A stretch of 64,000 bases of DNA, taken from NCBI GenBank assembly GCA_035084275.1, contig CM068756.1, positions 8,184,001 through 8,248,000 of the forward strand, in the 5' to 3' direction. Numbering within the stretch: the stretch's first letter is position 1; the number at the start of each line of letters is the position of its first letter. This document shows, piece after piece, positions 35,831-48,297 of this stretch. The notes beneath the pieces were generated by a model that was given only the letters and a program-made list of their open reading frames with translations, was not told where the DNA came from and did not search any database. The DNA is from Hydrolagus colliei. Lineage: Eukaryota. A program made the position numbers and the translations under genes.

Positions 35831-36939
35831 GGAGGAGAAATAGGCACATTTTAATAATAGCAAAATACATGTATTGATTTTCAAATATGGTATTAAATAT
35901 AGACAGGTACAGTATTCACTTAACTTTTTTTTATGGCTCAGACCTTTAGTATGATATTATTACTGTACTGTTGTTCTGGTCGACAATCCCCGTAAAATAA
36001 CTATGATTTAAACTTCTTGAGTTTACGATGCCATGCAAAATTCCAGGAAATTCCAGTATAAAACTTATGGACTCCGGGATAGTTTGCAGAGTTTGAGTTT
36101 TCAGATACTTTTTAAGATGACGCTCTAGTACAATGCTGAGGGAGTTGGTCTGCATTGTTAGAGGTGCCATCGTTCGATGAGACGAGAGTCTGTTCGCCCG
36201 TTCGGATGGTTGCAAATGATCCCGTGATGTCATTTGAAAATAATTGTCATTATGGAACCTGGTTGCTGTGTTGGGTTGCTTGGTTTTATCTACCTCCTCC
36301 CTACTTTCTTACTCTGGTTTCCACACTGTCCTTCAAAAGTGTTTCCTCCAAGAAAGGTGTTACGTGTAAGTTGTAACCAGTGTAAGTTGTTGTTGTATTG
36401 TTATTGTTGAAAGCACCTGGCTCCAGCCAATACAAAAAACAGTGGGCGAAACAGCTACATGAACAGTAGCTTAGGAACACATTGAAACCAGCAGGGCTGT
36501 TGTGGCAGTGTCGCTGATAGAGTAAATGAGAATGAGAAGGTTACTCGTAGGTACCCTTTCTGAACTGATGTATGGAATGTAGACGTCCCAGACTCAATAG
36601 CTAAAACTAGTGATTTATGTAGGTGCCAGAAACAGATAGAACCGGGCTACTTAATATTTACTCAGGTACAAAGTAACACTAAGCATCGCAAAATAAAATG
36701 GGAAAACAGTGCCTCAAGGCACGATTGGTTGGCAGAAGCACTGAGCCCACTGATAATAACTAGAAATCCTGTGCAGGCTGTCGAGTAACAATGCCTGTTT
36801 CACTTTCAAGCCAGTAGCTTGAGAGTCTAAACAGTTTGAATCAGATTTTATGTAAACAGATGCATTTGAACTTTCACTGATTTTGAGCTTCCTCCTTTAC
36901 TCCCGCCCTGCCTCCACCACCATATAAAACATAGCACAT

Positions 36940-37610
36940 GTGTTCAGGGAGTAATGAGATTCACACTGCACCCACCCTGCTCCGTGGATGGACTGGTTGA
37001 AGAAGAGGCTGTGTAAATGCTGAGGCAGGGTTTGGAGAGATGGCAAGTGAACCGGGTTGGCTGTGTAACTGGGAATCTATACAAGGCAGAAATTATGGCC
37101 AACAAGTCTTTCTTTTCCGTAACGAAAAAAAAACAGTAAAGCTCGCTTCCTGACCAAATCACATACTGCATTAAACATTTTTCCACATCTACTTCCGCTC
37201 TGCCTTTAATCAAGAAAATAGATATAATTATTTTCGCTGGTCGAGCCTGTAGGCGGACTGCACAACTGACAATTAGTTTAGAGTCTGCAATCTATAAATG
37301 CAGTGCAGTAAGGCACGTTAGCTGTGCTTACACCAGGCTATCTAATAAAGAGAAATAAAGCACAGTTTGGAATCAACACCGTTATCCAAACACAGTAATA
37401 TCATCTGGAAGTCATTTGTAGGCCCTGATGATCTATCGCAAGTGTGTGTGAAAAATACGCACCCAGCGTTTATGAGATTTTCAAAATGATGACCACCATC
37501 TGTGCAAACCCACAAACTCACCAAACATCTCTCTGGCAAATGGCTGTGAGCATTTAAAGGGCTGAGGGAAAACACTGCTGGAATGCTGCGCTATTTATTG
37601 TTTATAAAAA
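36940..37610. promoter_or_regulatory. Candidate conserved non-coding element
   Basis: Long repeat-free complex block with retained CpGs. Inference. Confidence 0.35.
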
Positions 37611-38482
37611 TAAACCGATCTGGGCAAAGGCATACAGAGAATTCATATCGAACAGCTGAGAAAGCAAGCTTCTGAAGTTATCAGTGCCTATCTATGATGC
37701 AATCAGACCACACTGCCAGACAAAACCTTGAGTTTCCGTCTTGTACTTTTGCTATTCTGCTCATGAAACTGGATCCACATACACAACTGTACCTTCAGAG
37801 TGTATCATGGGTGGCTGACATTGACACATTTTGATACTCCCATTCATTGCGATTAATGATAATAATTAGTATATTAGTGAATTTTCCCTGCGATTTTGCC
37901 TTTTTTTAAAACAAATTTCCCGGTGTCTGCCTGTTAATTTCTCCTGCTGCCTCTCTTAGAATTTACCGTCTTAACATTAATGAAGTTTGCCAGGGTAGTT
38001 TCACAAACATATCTAAGTTTGTCAGTTACAACAAATACCTGTTTGGTGCCAACTAGTCCTGCACCAGTGACTAGAAGTACATTGGAGAATTTATTTAACA
38101 TTGGATATGGGTGAATGGATATCTCAGCAATGGTGTTTCATGGTTGATCACATTTGGAGGCAACACCTTCACCGAGTCTACCCCCAAATCCAAACCCCAC
38201 CCCTGCACAAGTGTTGCCTAAAGTGAGAACTGCTTGAAGTGAATTTTTCCTTTGCATACTTGCAAAGTACCGTTATGATACTGAGGTAATGTTTGCATAA
38301 GAACTAGATGGACTAAGTGGATAGATCCTCTTGTTATGTTTGCCTAAATCTGTGTATTTTTGGCCAGTCAGTTGTATCGCAGCAGGTCTGCACGACCAAG
38401 TAAAGGAGAGGTTGTGTTTTGCTATTGTGCTTACACTGATGTACACTCCCTTTACATTAATTCCTTCCCGTCATGTATTGTA

Positions 38483-38635
38483 GTAATAATACTTGCATTT
38501 GAGATAGTGCCTTATCGCATCTTCAAGATGCCTTCTCAAAGAGTTTCACAGAATATACCGTAAAGTGAATTCTGCATATTTTGTTGGCAAAACACAGCAG
38601 CCCATTGCGCACAGCAGTGTCCCACAAATGGTCTA
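38483..38635 (-). mobile_element. Young SINE 3' half
   Basis: aatacttgcatttgagatagtg...cacagcagtgtcccacaaa. Confidence 0.85.
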
Positions 38636-41600
38636 ATTATTAACAAAAAAAATTGTTTTCCCACAAATATTTGTACAATAGCCCTTGCTTTGTTTACCCA
38701 ACTCTGAAAATGTATTCCCACACCAACAACAATAATAATAATAATAATTCTTGCACTTGGAACAGTGGTTGCCACGTCAAAACATCTTTGTGTTACTGTA
38801 CTTTGCAGGATTTCCTTTAAAGAGTTGTGATGATGATTATACTGTACAGTATTAAGAATTCTCCCTTTTCAGGTACTATTTTACAGTTTTAAGTAGGAGA
38901 TCAAACTATATGCATATAAGTAAACAAAAATGATTGAAAACGGATTTTGTTAATAATTAGCAGACATTCATTGCTCAGGTCTACCTGTTAGATAACACAG
39001 CCATTTAGCATTCTTGATTTATTTTCTATCCTGCTGCATTCTTGCATTAGTTTCAGTGATACTCTCTAGTTCTGTTCTCTGTTCTATCCTTAATAATGAA
39101 GGAAATCTGTACAATGTTTTGTACAATATGAGAGAGTACTTTCCCGACCACACCACACCCCCGCCCCCCCACCTCCTCCACCACCATGTTACGCAGGAGC
39201 TGACTTTGGGACAGCACCTTGGGACGTCCTCCCAACATGAAAGGCACTCCATAGCTGCTGCCAGTCTAACCATATACAGTGGCTTTCCATTCACATGGCC
39301 AAAGCAAACCCTTGACCTGGTTATATGTTAAAAACTACCAGTGATTAACTGCTTCTGATGTAGTGCCTTTGTTTGAGATACCACCGGGCCTTGAGAGACA
39401 CAGTGGGTCAGATGGACCATGGGTAAGGTGATACTGATGCTCGTTGAGGAAGGAGGGGAAGAAAATATGGAATATCATTACAAATGTAATCAAAAATCCA
39501 TCCTTGCCAAAACAGGTCAAATGGATGCGATCTGTTTCTCACTGGAATTGCCTGCAGCTCTGCTCTGTCGTTATAGCACCTAACAAAAGTACAATGTTCT
39601 AAACATATACTTTCAAAGCCCAGTGTCATCCCTCAGGCTGTTTGTTTAGTTAGTGGATCTGTCTGGAATAGCTCCATCTGTTTCCATACTGATAATCTTT
39701 TACTGTCACGCTCACATGTGGAACCACAAGATGAGATTGTGAACACATTCCGATTATGTCAGCACCAAATAATGCCATTATGTCATGTTATTTACCATGA
39801 TCAATTTTGTTGTTCGAAAGCAAGGAAATATGACACAGAGGTTAAATGCATAATTCTAGATATGAATGTGCCTAACACAGGATTTCAATGTAACATGTGG
39901 GCAGAAATATAATTTGGACTCAGTTTTCAATTTTACAACGTTTTCACAGAAGAAATAGGTGCCGTATTCTAAAACTGTATAGTTCAGTTAGATTTACTAA
40001 AATGTATTATGTTTGGCTGAGAAAGAACACCCAAACAAAACATACTACATGCTGTATTTGAGTAAATTGTGGCGATTAAAATGGGTGTGGAGGCATCTCA
40101 TTTGATACTTTAAAATCCTGTGTGTATCCGTTAGTTTTCCAATGGATGACTAGTCCTAGGGCCGTTAGCATAACTAAAGAAAAATGCTAGCCCTAATTCT
40201 TTTTTTCCTGTGTTAATCATCTGAGGCCCATTATGTATCCTGCAATTTTACAGTGTCTGCTAACTTGTACCCTTAGGCGAAGAAACATAATTTCACAAAT
40301 CTGCAGCTTTTAAAGCAAACTGGAGGAAATCAATGTTACCATATTTAGCATCGCCATCGTACTTTGTTTGTAAAGCTACGTTTTGCGTAAATCTCCTTCC
40401 GCTGTAAGGACAAGGCAATAGTTCTCGTAATTTTTTTTAGGTGATGAAACTGTTCTATACCCAGTTTCAACATATTTATGTTTAGCAGGAAGTTATAACT
40501 ATAAAAGTACCACATGGCTATTTTAAATCCAGACAACAAAACTTAATTGAACTAGCAATAGGGACACAATTTTGTACCAACCTGAACTTTTGCATGTTTT
40601 TGGCATAGTCTGTCATATTCTTAGTGAATTGTTGTGTGGTTTTCTGGACCCCAACTAGCAGCAGTCTGGCTCCCTTCATTTCCTATAATTAAATGTATCT
40701 AGTGGTGCGACAATATTCTATCGATAATTGCAGCAACAACAAAGAATTTAAATAACCTAACTTTTTAAAGATGTTATTTAAATTCTTGGTGATATAATCA
40801 CGAGAAACGCCATCATTTAATCCATGCTTTAGAGGCATGGATGAAGCATCCAGAAATGTGCTCTCTGCCTGCCTCAGGAAGCAGTAGCGTCACAGGCAGC
40901 GAAATAATTGTGAGGACCAAGGGTGCCTCTGGCAGCACTGGATGCCACTACGTTTCTGGCAGCCACCAGGCTGAGAGGACGCCAACCCTGCTGGCAGCTG
41001 ACAGAGACCCTCTCTATAGAGCCAGCAGTTTGGTCTCGACATCCCTGGGCTGCATGCGAGTTGCCCACCCGGCTGTAAAGAAGAAGATCAGTCGCCAGAA
41101 GTAAATAAGTACATTTGTGGAATTGGGTACCACTGGGCATTATCAACACCGTCTGTGTTGCTATTGGCTCTGTGCACTGCGACCAGAATAACTGTTTGGG
41201 TGCACAGCCTTGGAGCTTGATAAATCCAAACTTACTGCTTCATAGTGGAAGATGTGAAAGATTTGCGGGTTGGGTTAACCACATGTGAAACGTACACAGA
41301 AGCCCTCAGTTAGGTAATGAGCAAACATTGTAAAAGATTACGGAATCACCTGTAATCCCTTACATTGGTTAATTACACACCTCAGGCCACCTTCAATTCC
41401 CTCTGTGCACATGCATTTTGCAAATAGTTAACCCAAGCTGTAAACTGCATTCCCAGTGGAATAATTTGTCAAATGAAAATGAATGAAAAAAACATATTCA
41501 GGACTTTACTGAAGAGGCAGAAAATCAAAAGTGAGATTTGGGTTATTCTTCTCCCAACCCCCCAAATACACAGTGTTAACAGAATACAGGAAGAACAGCA

Positions 41601-42929
41601 GTCACTGTTTTCATCTTTTCACCTAAATTCCCCAGTTTATACAACACACCAACAACAACAACAAAATTGCACTCATATAGCCCCTTTCACATCGGGAGGA
41701 CATCCCAAATCGCTGGGACATAAAATCACATAAAACTGTGCTCAGTTAGCATCAGGATCATCTAAACTGAATGTGTTCTCCTGCAGGTGTTTATTCTTGG
41801 TGCTGACCGGATTTAGATCATGCAGTTTGTGGCATAAAATCTTTGACCACCTCTGACCCTGCAGCATCCACTCCTTTAAATACATCCAAAAGAGAGTGTG
41901 GTAAGGAGCGGTATGGAATAGATTTGGTCGGGCGGGGATTTGTGTGGATGATAAACACTGGCATGGATTAATTGAGCCAAATAGCCTGTTTCCGTGCTGT
42001 GTGTAATCCCAATGCAGGCATGAACGTTTTCATATTTTGCTGCAAAGGGAAAGACATTTGCAGAAAATGTTTGTCCTGGGGTCAACAAGTGGAGGGTTTT
42101 ATTCCATGATCTTTATAAATAACTGCAGCACTTACACATGTCGTTTCCATTAAATATACAGCAGTTCTGTTGCAACTTCACAGCTAATGCTTAATCTTGC
42201 CGTTTTGGTTTAAAATCATTTAAAATGATTGTAACATATTTTCAATTGTCATCTTTTCCTAAATGAATATGAAACTAAGTGGCAAGAATAGCAATGATGT
42301 GGGTGGGGAAAATTGATTATGTGGAATACATGCAAGTTTTAACTAGCTGCACATGGAATTGGGACTTAAAATAACATTACTTCTCAATCCTGTTTTATAT
42401 ATGGTCATCACAGGAAATGGTTGTAGTTATGAGACAACATAAGCAACTTCTAGAGAAGTCGCATACTGGACAAAACTGGAAAATACTGTGAAAAAGAGGC
42501 CCTGTAACTGGAAGGTTACTATAGGCATGTACAGGACCGGAAAAGGCCATTGAGGTCCATCTGGACAGCCCCATTTGAATCCAAGTTGAGAATCTCAACT
42601 ATAATCTACAGCTGTCATATTCTGAGCGCTTATTAACAAACATGTCAAACAGATACTCTTGCTAATGACAATAAAGGAAAACATGCTGATTGACAGTGTC
42701 ACAGTCCAATACGGAATGACCACTGAAATGACAAATCACCTCAATTGCTAAAGCCGCCGTCCTAAAACTAACACAAACTTGAAAAGCTGTGAGTTTCTCT
42801 AGAACACAGGGCCTCCAGGCTGTACAAAGTATGAATAGCTGACCGTCTGGCAGCTATCTGAATGGTAGGTAAGTCTAGACAGAAGCAAGCACCTCTGATT
42901 GAATGCGAGTCAAATTTGGAACCATCAAT

Positions 42930-43175
42930 AACCTGTACATGTGACCATAAATTTTATCCAAAGGTCTAATGGTACTAAACCTAGCAAAATGCTTAGGTCA
43001 AATTACACATCAATTAGTTCGTCAGGCTTGGGCCTAATAGGGGCAGATGAAATCGGAGTGTTGGATCTCCATGCTAATGCCCTAATGACTGTGGCTTTAA
43101 GCCAAGTGTCATATATTTTGAGTAAGAAAAGGTTTAATGCCCTGGGCAGGATGAACAAAGATAAATGAGGGCAGA
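42930..43175. promoter_or_regulatory. Candidate conserved non-coding element
   Basis: Cluster of TAAT/TAATG homeodomain cores (ctaatgg, caatta, ctaatag, ctaatgc, ctaatga, ttaatgc). Inference. Confidence 0.4.
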
Positions 43176-43399
43176 TATATGTACCTTGAGCAGTGTTAAC
43201 ACTACTTTGTACATTCTGACAGAAGTATAACGCAGAGATGAAATTGACTCTCATCAGAATATACTAAATTCTGGTGGAGGAAGTTCTGATTAACTGAATT
43301 AATGCTACATTCTCTGATCTACCACCCGGGTATGGCATATGAAAACAATATATTTCAAGTCGTACTTGGATCTGTTTGCAAGAACTCTGGACATTTAAA

Positions 43400-43705
43400 A
43401 AATATTCCTTGCACTTGGTGTCTTTCACATCAGGTGGATATCTCACAGCACTTCAAAGACTTTACTGTAAAGTGTATTGACTGTAGATTTTGCACAATTA
43501 GCATGCAGTGCACAATGAATACATTTTTTTGTGGGGGGCTGGGGGGGAATTGTCAGCCAGGATCCTAGGGAATTTCCTTCTCTTTTCGAATAGTGCCTAT
43601 GGATCTTTAAGATCCATCCGCACAGGCATAGGATATCAGGTTAATGACTCATCCAAAGGATGGCACCTCTTACAATGCAACACTCCACCAGGTTTTATGA
43701 ATCCC
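43400..43705 (-). mobile_element. Old DeuSINE copy
   Basis: cttctcttttcgaatagtgcctatggatcttt...ctcatccaaaggatggcacctc..caatgcaacactcc. Confidence 0.75.
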
Positions 43706-44665
43706 AAGCACCAAGTTATAACTGGGCATCACTGTATACGACTTTCAGTTTTAACTACTGTATTTATGTAGAGGCATCTAGTTTCCGCGTCTCACTTTTG
43801 CTCAATGACTGGCAAGAACAAGAGCTCATCACGTGGGGAATTGCAAACCCAATGTTGCATTTTGCCCTCCTGTGACAAAATAACTTGATACGCCCAATTT
43901 TCTGTTTAATCTGCAAGCTCATATCTCAGTAGACAGTTTGTGAGGTAGGCTTGCGTGCCATCTTGCATGATTTTGCATAACAGGGTTCAATTCACAGTGA
44001 TTTAATAACAGATTTCTTCATAACAAATGAGCAGTTACCAACACTACTGAAACATTGAAATGCGCCGAGGGATACACTGTTGAATAGAATGGGAAGGGGA
44101 ATTCACAAAAAATAAAAGCTTCTCCAGTTCTATTCATTTTCCATCTTCCATAAGCTCTATTATTTCAATTACTCTAATAGAGGTATTTGAGCTACTTAAA
44201 TGATTGCTCTGGAGAATATGGATCCATTTCTCGCTTGTTCACAGTTCCATGATTTGCTGTGAGATCTTTTTTAATCAGCTTGGATACTTCAAGAAACATC
44301 AATAAAATGTAGCAAATGTTACAGATAATGTTTGAGTTATTAGGCTTGTTTGTTACTCTAAGGAGTAAAAAAAATTCACATTACAATTCGCTACAAAGAG
44401 TTAACTTGAGGATTTGGTGGATAAATGTATTGAGTAATGTGATACTGAGCCATGCAGTAAATAAAGCAAGGTGATAGTTGGTGTGTGCTGACTTGGCTAA
44501 AACCAGTCAAGATTGGAGGAAATACAGTCGACCTCAACAGCCTTAGGATGGTGAGATCAGATAGACGCTGATGGCTAAGCAGTAACATTGCTGGTAATCA
44601 GTGGGGCCTGATGACCTTTTTGACAAGTTAAAGGAAACTGAATATGTCGAACCAGGCTGAGTTTG

Positions 44666-44993
44666 GAGACATGCAGCTCATTGGTTAGAGCACTCGCCGC
44701 ACAAGCAGAGAGACCTGGGTTTGATTCCTGGCAGGGCAAAACCTCGGGGAAGTTTCCTTGCTCCACATACCTGATAATAACAACTCAAGAAAAAACCCCA
44801 ATAATAAATTGGTCACTTCAATCCACAACCGTTGGTGAACTGTTTGCTGTGCACAATGAAACACAATTCTGCCACGTTTTGTCCATACATATACAGTCAA
44901 TTCACTTTACAGTATATTCTGTGAAGCGCTTTGAGACGTTCAGAAGACAACTTGAAAAGCGCTATATCAAATGCAAGGATTATTTTATTATAT
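44666..44993 (+). mobile_element. Full-length young tRNA-derived SINE, subfamily A
   Basis: Head gcagctcattggttagagcactcg..ctgggtttgattcctggcagggc, then the body and the tail aaagcgctatatcaaatgcaaggattatt. Explains ORFs 44663-45151 and 44575-44766. Confidence 0.92.
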
Positions 44994-45069
44994 TCAAACT
45001 ATCTTGTTACCAGGGCAATGGGGCCTTCATGAATGCGCACTGTCTTGGCTTCTCTCTCGATGGTCTTAC

Positions 45070-45310
45070 GCCCGCACCAGTTCCTCAATACCTCACTTGC
45101 TCACCTGATGAGACCCCACTGCTGGCAATCATGTGTGCGGATGTTACATGAGGACAGGATTGAGAATGGCTGAGTTACCTACCATGCACCACTGATGCAC
45201 TGATATTCATTCTGTAGGCTCACGCAAGAAGAACAGCATAATTGGCAAAGCACCAGAAGAATGCTGGTGCCCGGAATAAGTCACCGACTTTGGGAAAGAA
45301 GAGGGATATT
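45070..45310 (+). mobile_element. Ancient third-family SINE-like repeat, 3' portion
   Basis: gaccccactgctggc..tgtgtgcggatgttacatgaggacaggattgag..taggctcacgcaagaagaa. A short inverted copy occurs at ~50000-50045. Confidence 0.5.
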
Positions 45311-45816
45311 ACGGTGGGTGGGGGGGGGGGGGAGAAAGGAAACCATGGAAAAGTGACGATTTACATATGTTCCATATCAATCGGTTATTGAACAGTAAAA
45401 TTCTCAATTTGCCACCTTTATGCCAATACACAAATTAGGGGTCAAAAGGTTGTAAATGGCATCAGCGCACGGGTGACCTGCTGATATAAAAGCAACATTT
45501 CTTTAGGTTCTTAAGAGGAACTAATTGGATGCTCAAGTGGGGCTTTTAGAAATGGGAACAGCACATCAAAAGAAACAGATATGGAAAACATGATAAGGAG
45601 AAGACCTTGCCAGCACTGTACAGCTGGACACAAATGTAACATTAGCACACTGGTGCATAGTAAAGTACTTTGCAGTTCATCCAGAAGCGTCAGAAGCATC
45701 GCTTTGAGGTATTTCCTTAGCATTTCCTTAAATGCATTTATTGAATAGACCCATATGTTTGCAACATTACTTTTGGCCCCTTCCTCCTCACTACAGTATA
45801 TTGTGATCGGGTTTAA

Positions 45817-46221
45817 AATAATAATCCTGCCTTTCACACCAGAAGGAAGTTTCAAAGCGCTATCGCGGGATTTACTGTGAAGTGTAGGGACTAGGTATTT
45901 TGTAGACAAACGAGGCACCCATCAAATGAATGATCTATTTCTACCTGGGACATAATCGTCTAGGACGTAAGGAGGAACTCCCTTCTCTTTAGAATAGTGT
46001 ATCTTGATTGAATAGTGAATCTTTTAACATCCACCCCGAACAAGCAGATGGCACCTCAGATTAATATCTCATCTGAAGGATGGCGCTTCAAACAATGCAG
46101 CATTCTGCCTGCACTGCATTTGAGTGTCAGCCGAGATTGTGAGTTCAAAGTCCTGACACAGGCCTTGAATCCACATCCCTCTGACTCAGAGGTGAGTGCG
46201 CTATCAGTTGAGCCAGGCTGA
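45817..46221 (-). mobile_element. Near full-length old DeuSINE (SacSINE1-like)
   Basis: Minus-strand head gtcagcctggctcaactgatagcgcactcacctctgagtcagagggatgtggattcaagg; Deu core gccatccttcagatgagatattaa; L2-like tail. Confidence 0.85.
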
Positions 46222-47409
46222 CGCTTCATTTGCTCTGTTGCTGTAAGACAATGCAAATCACTTGCTTATTATGGCTCTATGTATTGGCGTTTCATTGCAA
46301 CTGTTTGGAATGCTATAGTGGCTGGGTCACACGTTTCTGCGGAGTTCTTCAGAATCGCATCTCCGAGATTGCGCTCGCAATCAAAATAATGTGACAGTGT
46401 ACCACATGCTGCTAATCGGGAAATGGAGCGTTGTTTTTTGCTCAGTAGTGAGGGTTGCTCTTTTTATTTTAAAAAAAGAGTTTAAAAAAAGAACACTGCA
46501 GGCTCCAACTCCCACTATATGAGCCATCACTGTTCTGGAACCTTCTAAATCATTTACCAACTCTATAATTTAACATTCCTTTAAACTTACACTCAGCCCA
46601 CACCTACATTCAAACAGCACACACTAACATAAATTGCAGGCCTTGTATAAGATGACTGCAGCCTTCGAACTGAATGCCGTCGACACACAAATACGTTGCA
46701 GTGTACAAATAAAACCCAAAACAATTAGACAACCAGTAAACTAATTGAATCTGGTTGTTTACAAATTGCAAGCACGGACCCGAAAAAACAGAGAAGCATT
46801 TAAAAAATATGTGAATAAATATTGGGAAACAAGGTAATTGTAGGTTTCAAAGTACACTACAGACATTTGAGTTAACCTCAACCACTTAAAATCAGTTTTA
46901 ATGCTTCCTTCCATGCATTGGGAAGGTGCTAAATCTTAAAAGTGGCATTGCCACTCTCATTAAGACAGTTAAATCATCTTTCTATTTAGTTTGTATTTTG
47001 TTTACTTAAACAAAAAGTTTTTATGCTCCCTAATTTACCCCTTCCAGTGAACTTAGCACCATAAACTGCCTTCCAGCAACAATAACAACAACTTGCATTT
47101 ATATAGCACATTTCATGTAGGATAATGGCTCAGAGCAATTCACAATGGTGGGGTTGGACCTCAAGAAAGGGAGAATTAACAAGGGCAACTCAGCCTCATA
47201 TGCCTTCTAAATGACTACTCACAAAGGCACTCAGTGGTGACAGATGGAGACATGAAACAGATGAAACAGATCTCCTAACTAGGCTTACCGTAAGAGGATC
47301 TTTCACCTGGTAACTGCAGTTACCCTCCTCTGTGATCTCCTCAGTCCTGTTTTGTAGTGAATTTTCAACATTTTAAATTTTTTTAAAAAAAGGAAACTAA
47401 AAATTCCAA

Positions 47410-47785
47410 CTCCCACTGCTCCTCTCACTTAGACCTCCTCTTACTGTGTACCAGCTTTCAACCACTTTCCTCCCTCACCTTTCAGGAACTTTCTGACTAC
47501 ATCTCATCTTTCCACGCTGCTTGGGCTTTCATTTTGGCTCCATGAATCGCTTTGAGGTATTTCCTTAGTGAACAGTGCCATACAAGTCTGCGTTGTTGTT
47601 GCAGTTGCAGCTTTGGCCAGTTTCCCTCAGTGCTGGATCAAAATCCATGAACTCCTCAACACTGTTGTGGAAGCCCCATCACTGCAAGAAGCTGTAGTTT
47701 CAAGAGAAGGCCCCACTACTATCCTTCTTAAGGCAATCAGGAATGGGCACTAAAATGTTGAGCCTGCAATTATCATCCATATCTT
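47410..47785 (+). mobile_element. Old L2 3' fragment followed by a CR1-like LINE 3' fragment
   Basis: Pyrimidine-rich L2 end with gaatcgctttgagg..gtgccatacaagt, then ctggatcaaaatccatgaactcc..tttcaagagaaggcccc..ccttcttaaggcaatcaggaatgggc. Confidence 0.5.
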
Positions 47786-47994
47786 CAGCGCCTTGGGATG
47801 TCTTTAATATATATATATATATACATATTTATATACTCATGCATGAGTACACTTAAATCTCGGGGGTGGGGTAAAGAACTGGCCCAACGAACCGGAATTT
47901 CTAGCTAAGGATAATTATAATGCCAGCATTATAATTATGTTTGAATCCAATGAGCAAAAGATAATGGCTCAGATATTTTCTGCTTGTGGGATTT

Positions 47995-48297
47995 GTCCTG
48001 TAGCTCAGTGGTTAGAGCACTCGCCTTTCAAGCGAGTGACCTGGGTTCAATTCCAGGCAGGGCAAAACCTTGGGCAAGTTTCTTTACTCCACACGCCTAA
48101 TAATAATACTTAAAAAAAATTAATTGGTCACTTCAATCCACGATAGTTTGTGGGACATTGCTGTGTGCAATTGGCTGCCGTGTTTTGCCCACAAATATAC
48201 AGTCGGTTCACTTTACAGTATATTCTGAAGTGCTTTGAGATGTCAAGAAGACGTGAAAAGCACTGTATCAAATGCAAGGATTATTATTATTATTATT
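47995..48297 (+). mobile_element. Best-preserved full-length young tRNA-derived SINE, subfamily A
   Basis: Pol III A box tagctcagtgg (48001-48011), B box ggttcaattcc (48044-48054), body, L2-like tail and (TTA)n. Confidence 0.95.

Noticed and set aside
44663-45151. Longest listed ORF (162 aa) as a novel gene
   Set aside because: It runs through a full SINE copy and an adjacent old repeat; similar peptides recur at other SINE copies.
47994-48065. Bona fide tRNA-Glu(TTC) gene
   Set aside because: It continues directly into a multi-copy SINE body and tail, has a T-stem mismatch, and does not resemble vertebrate tRNA-Glu. Treated as a SINE head.
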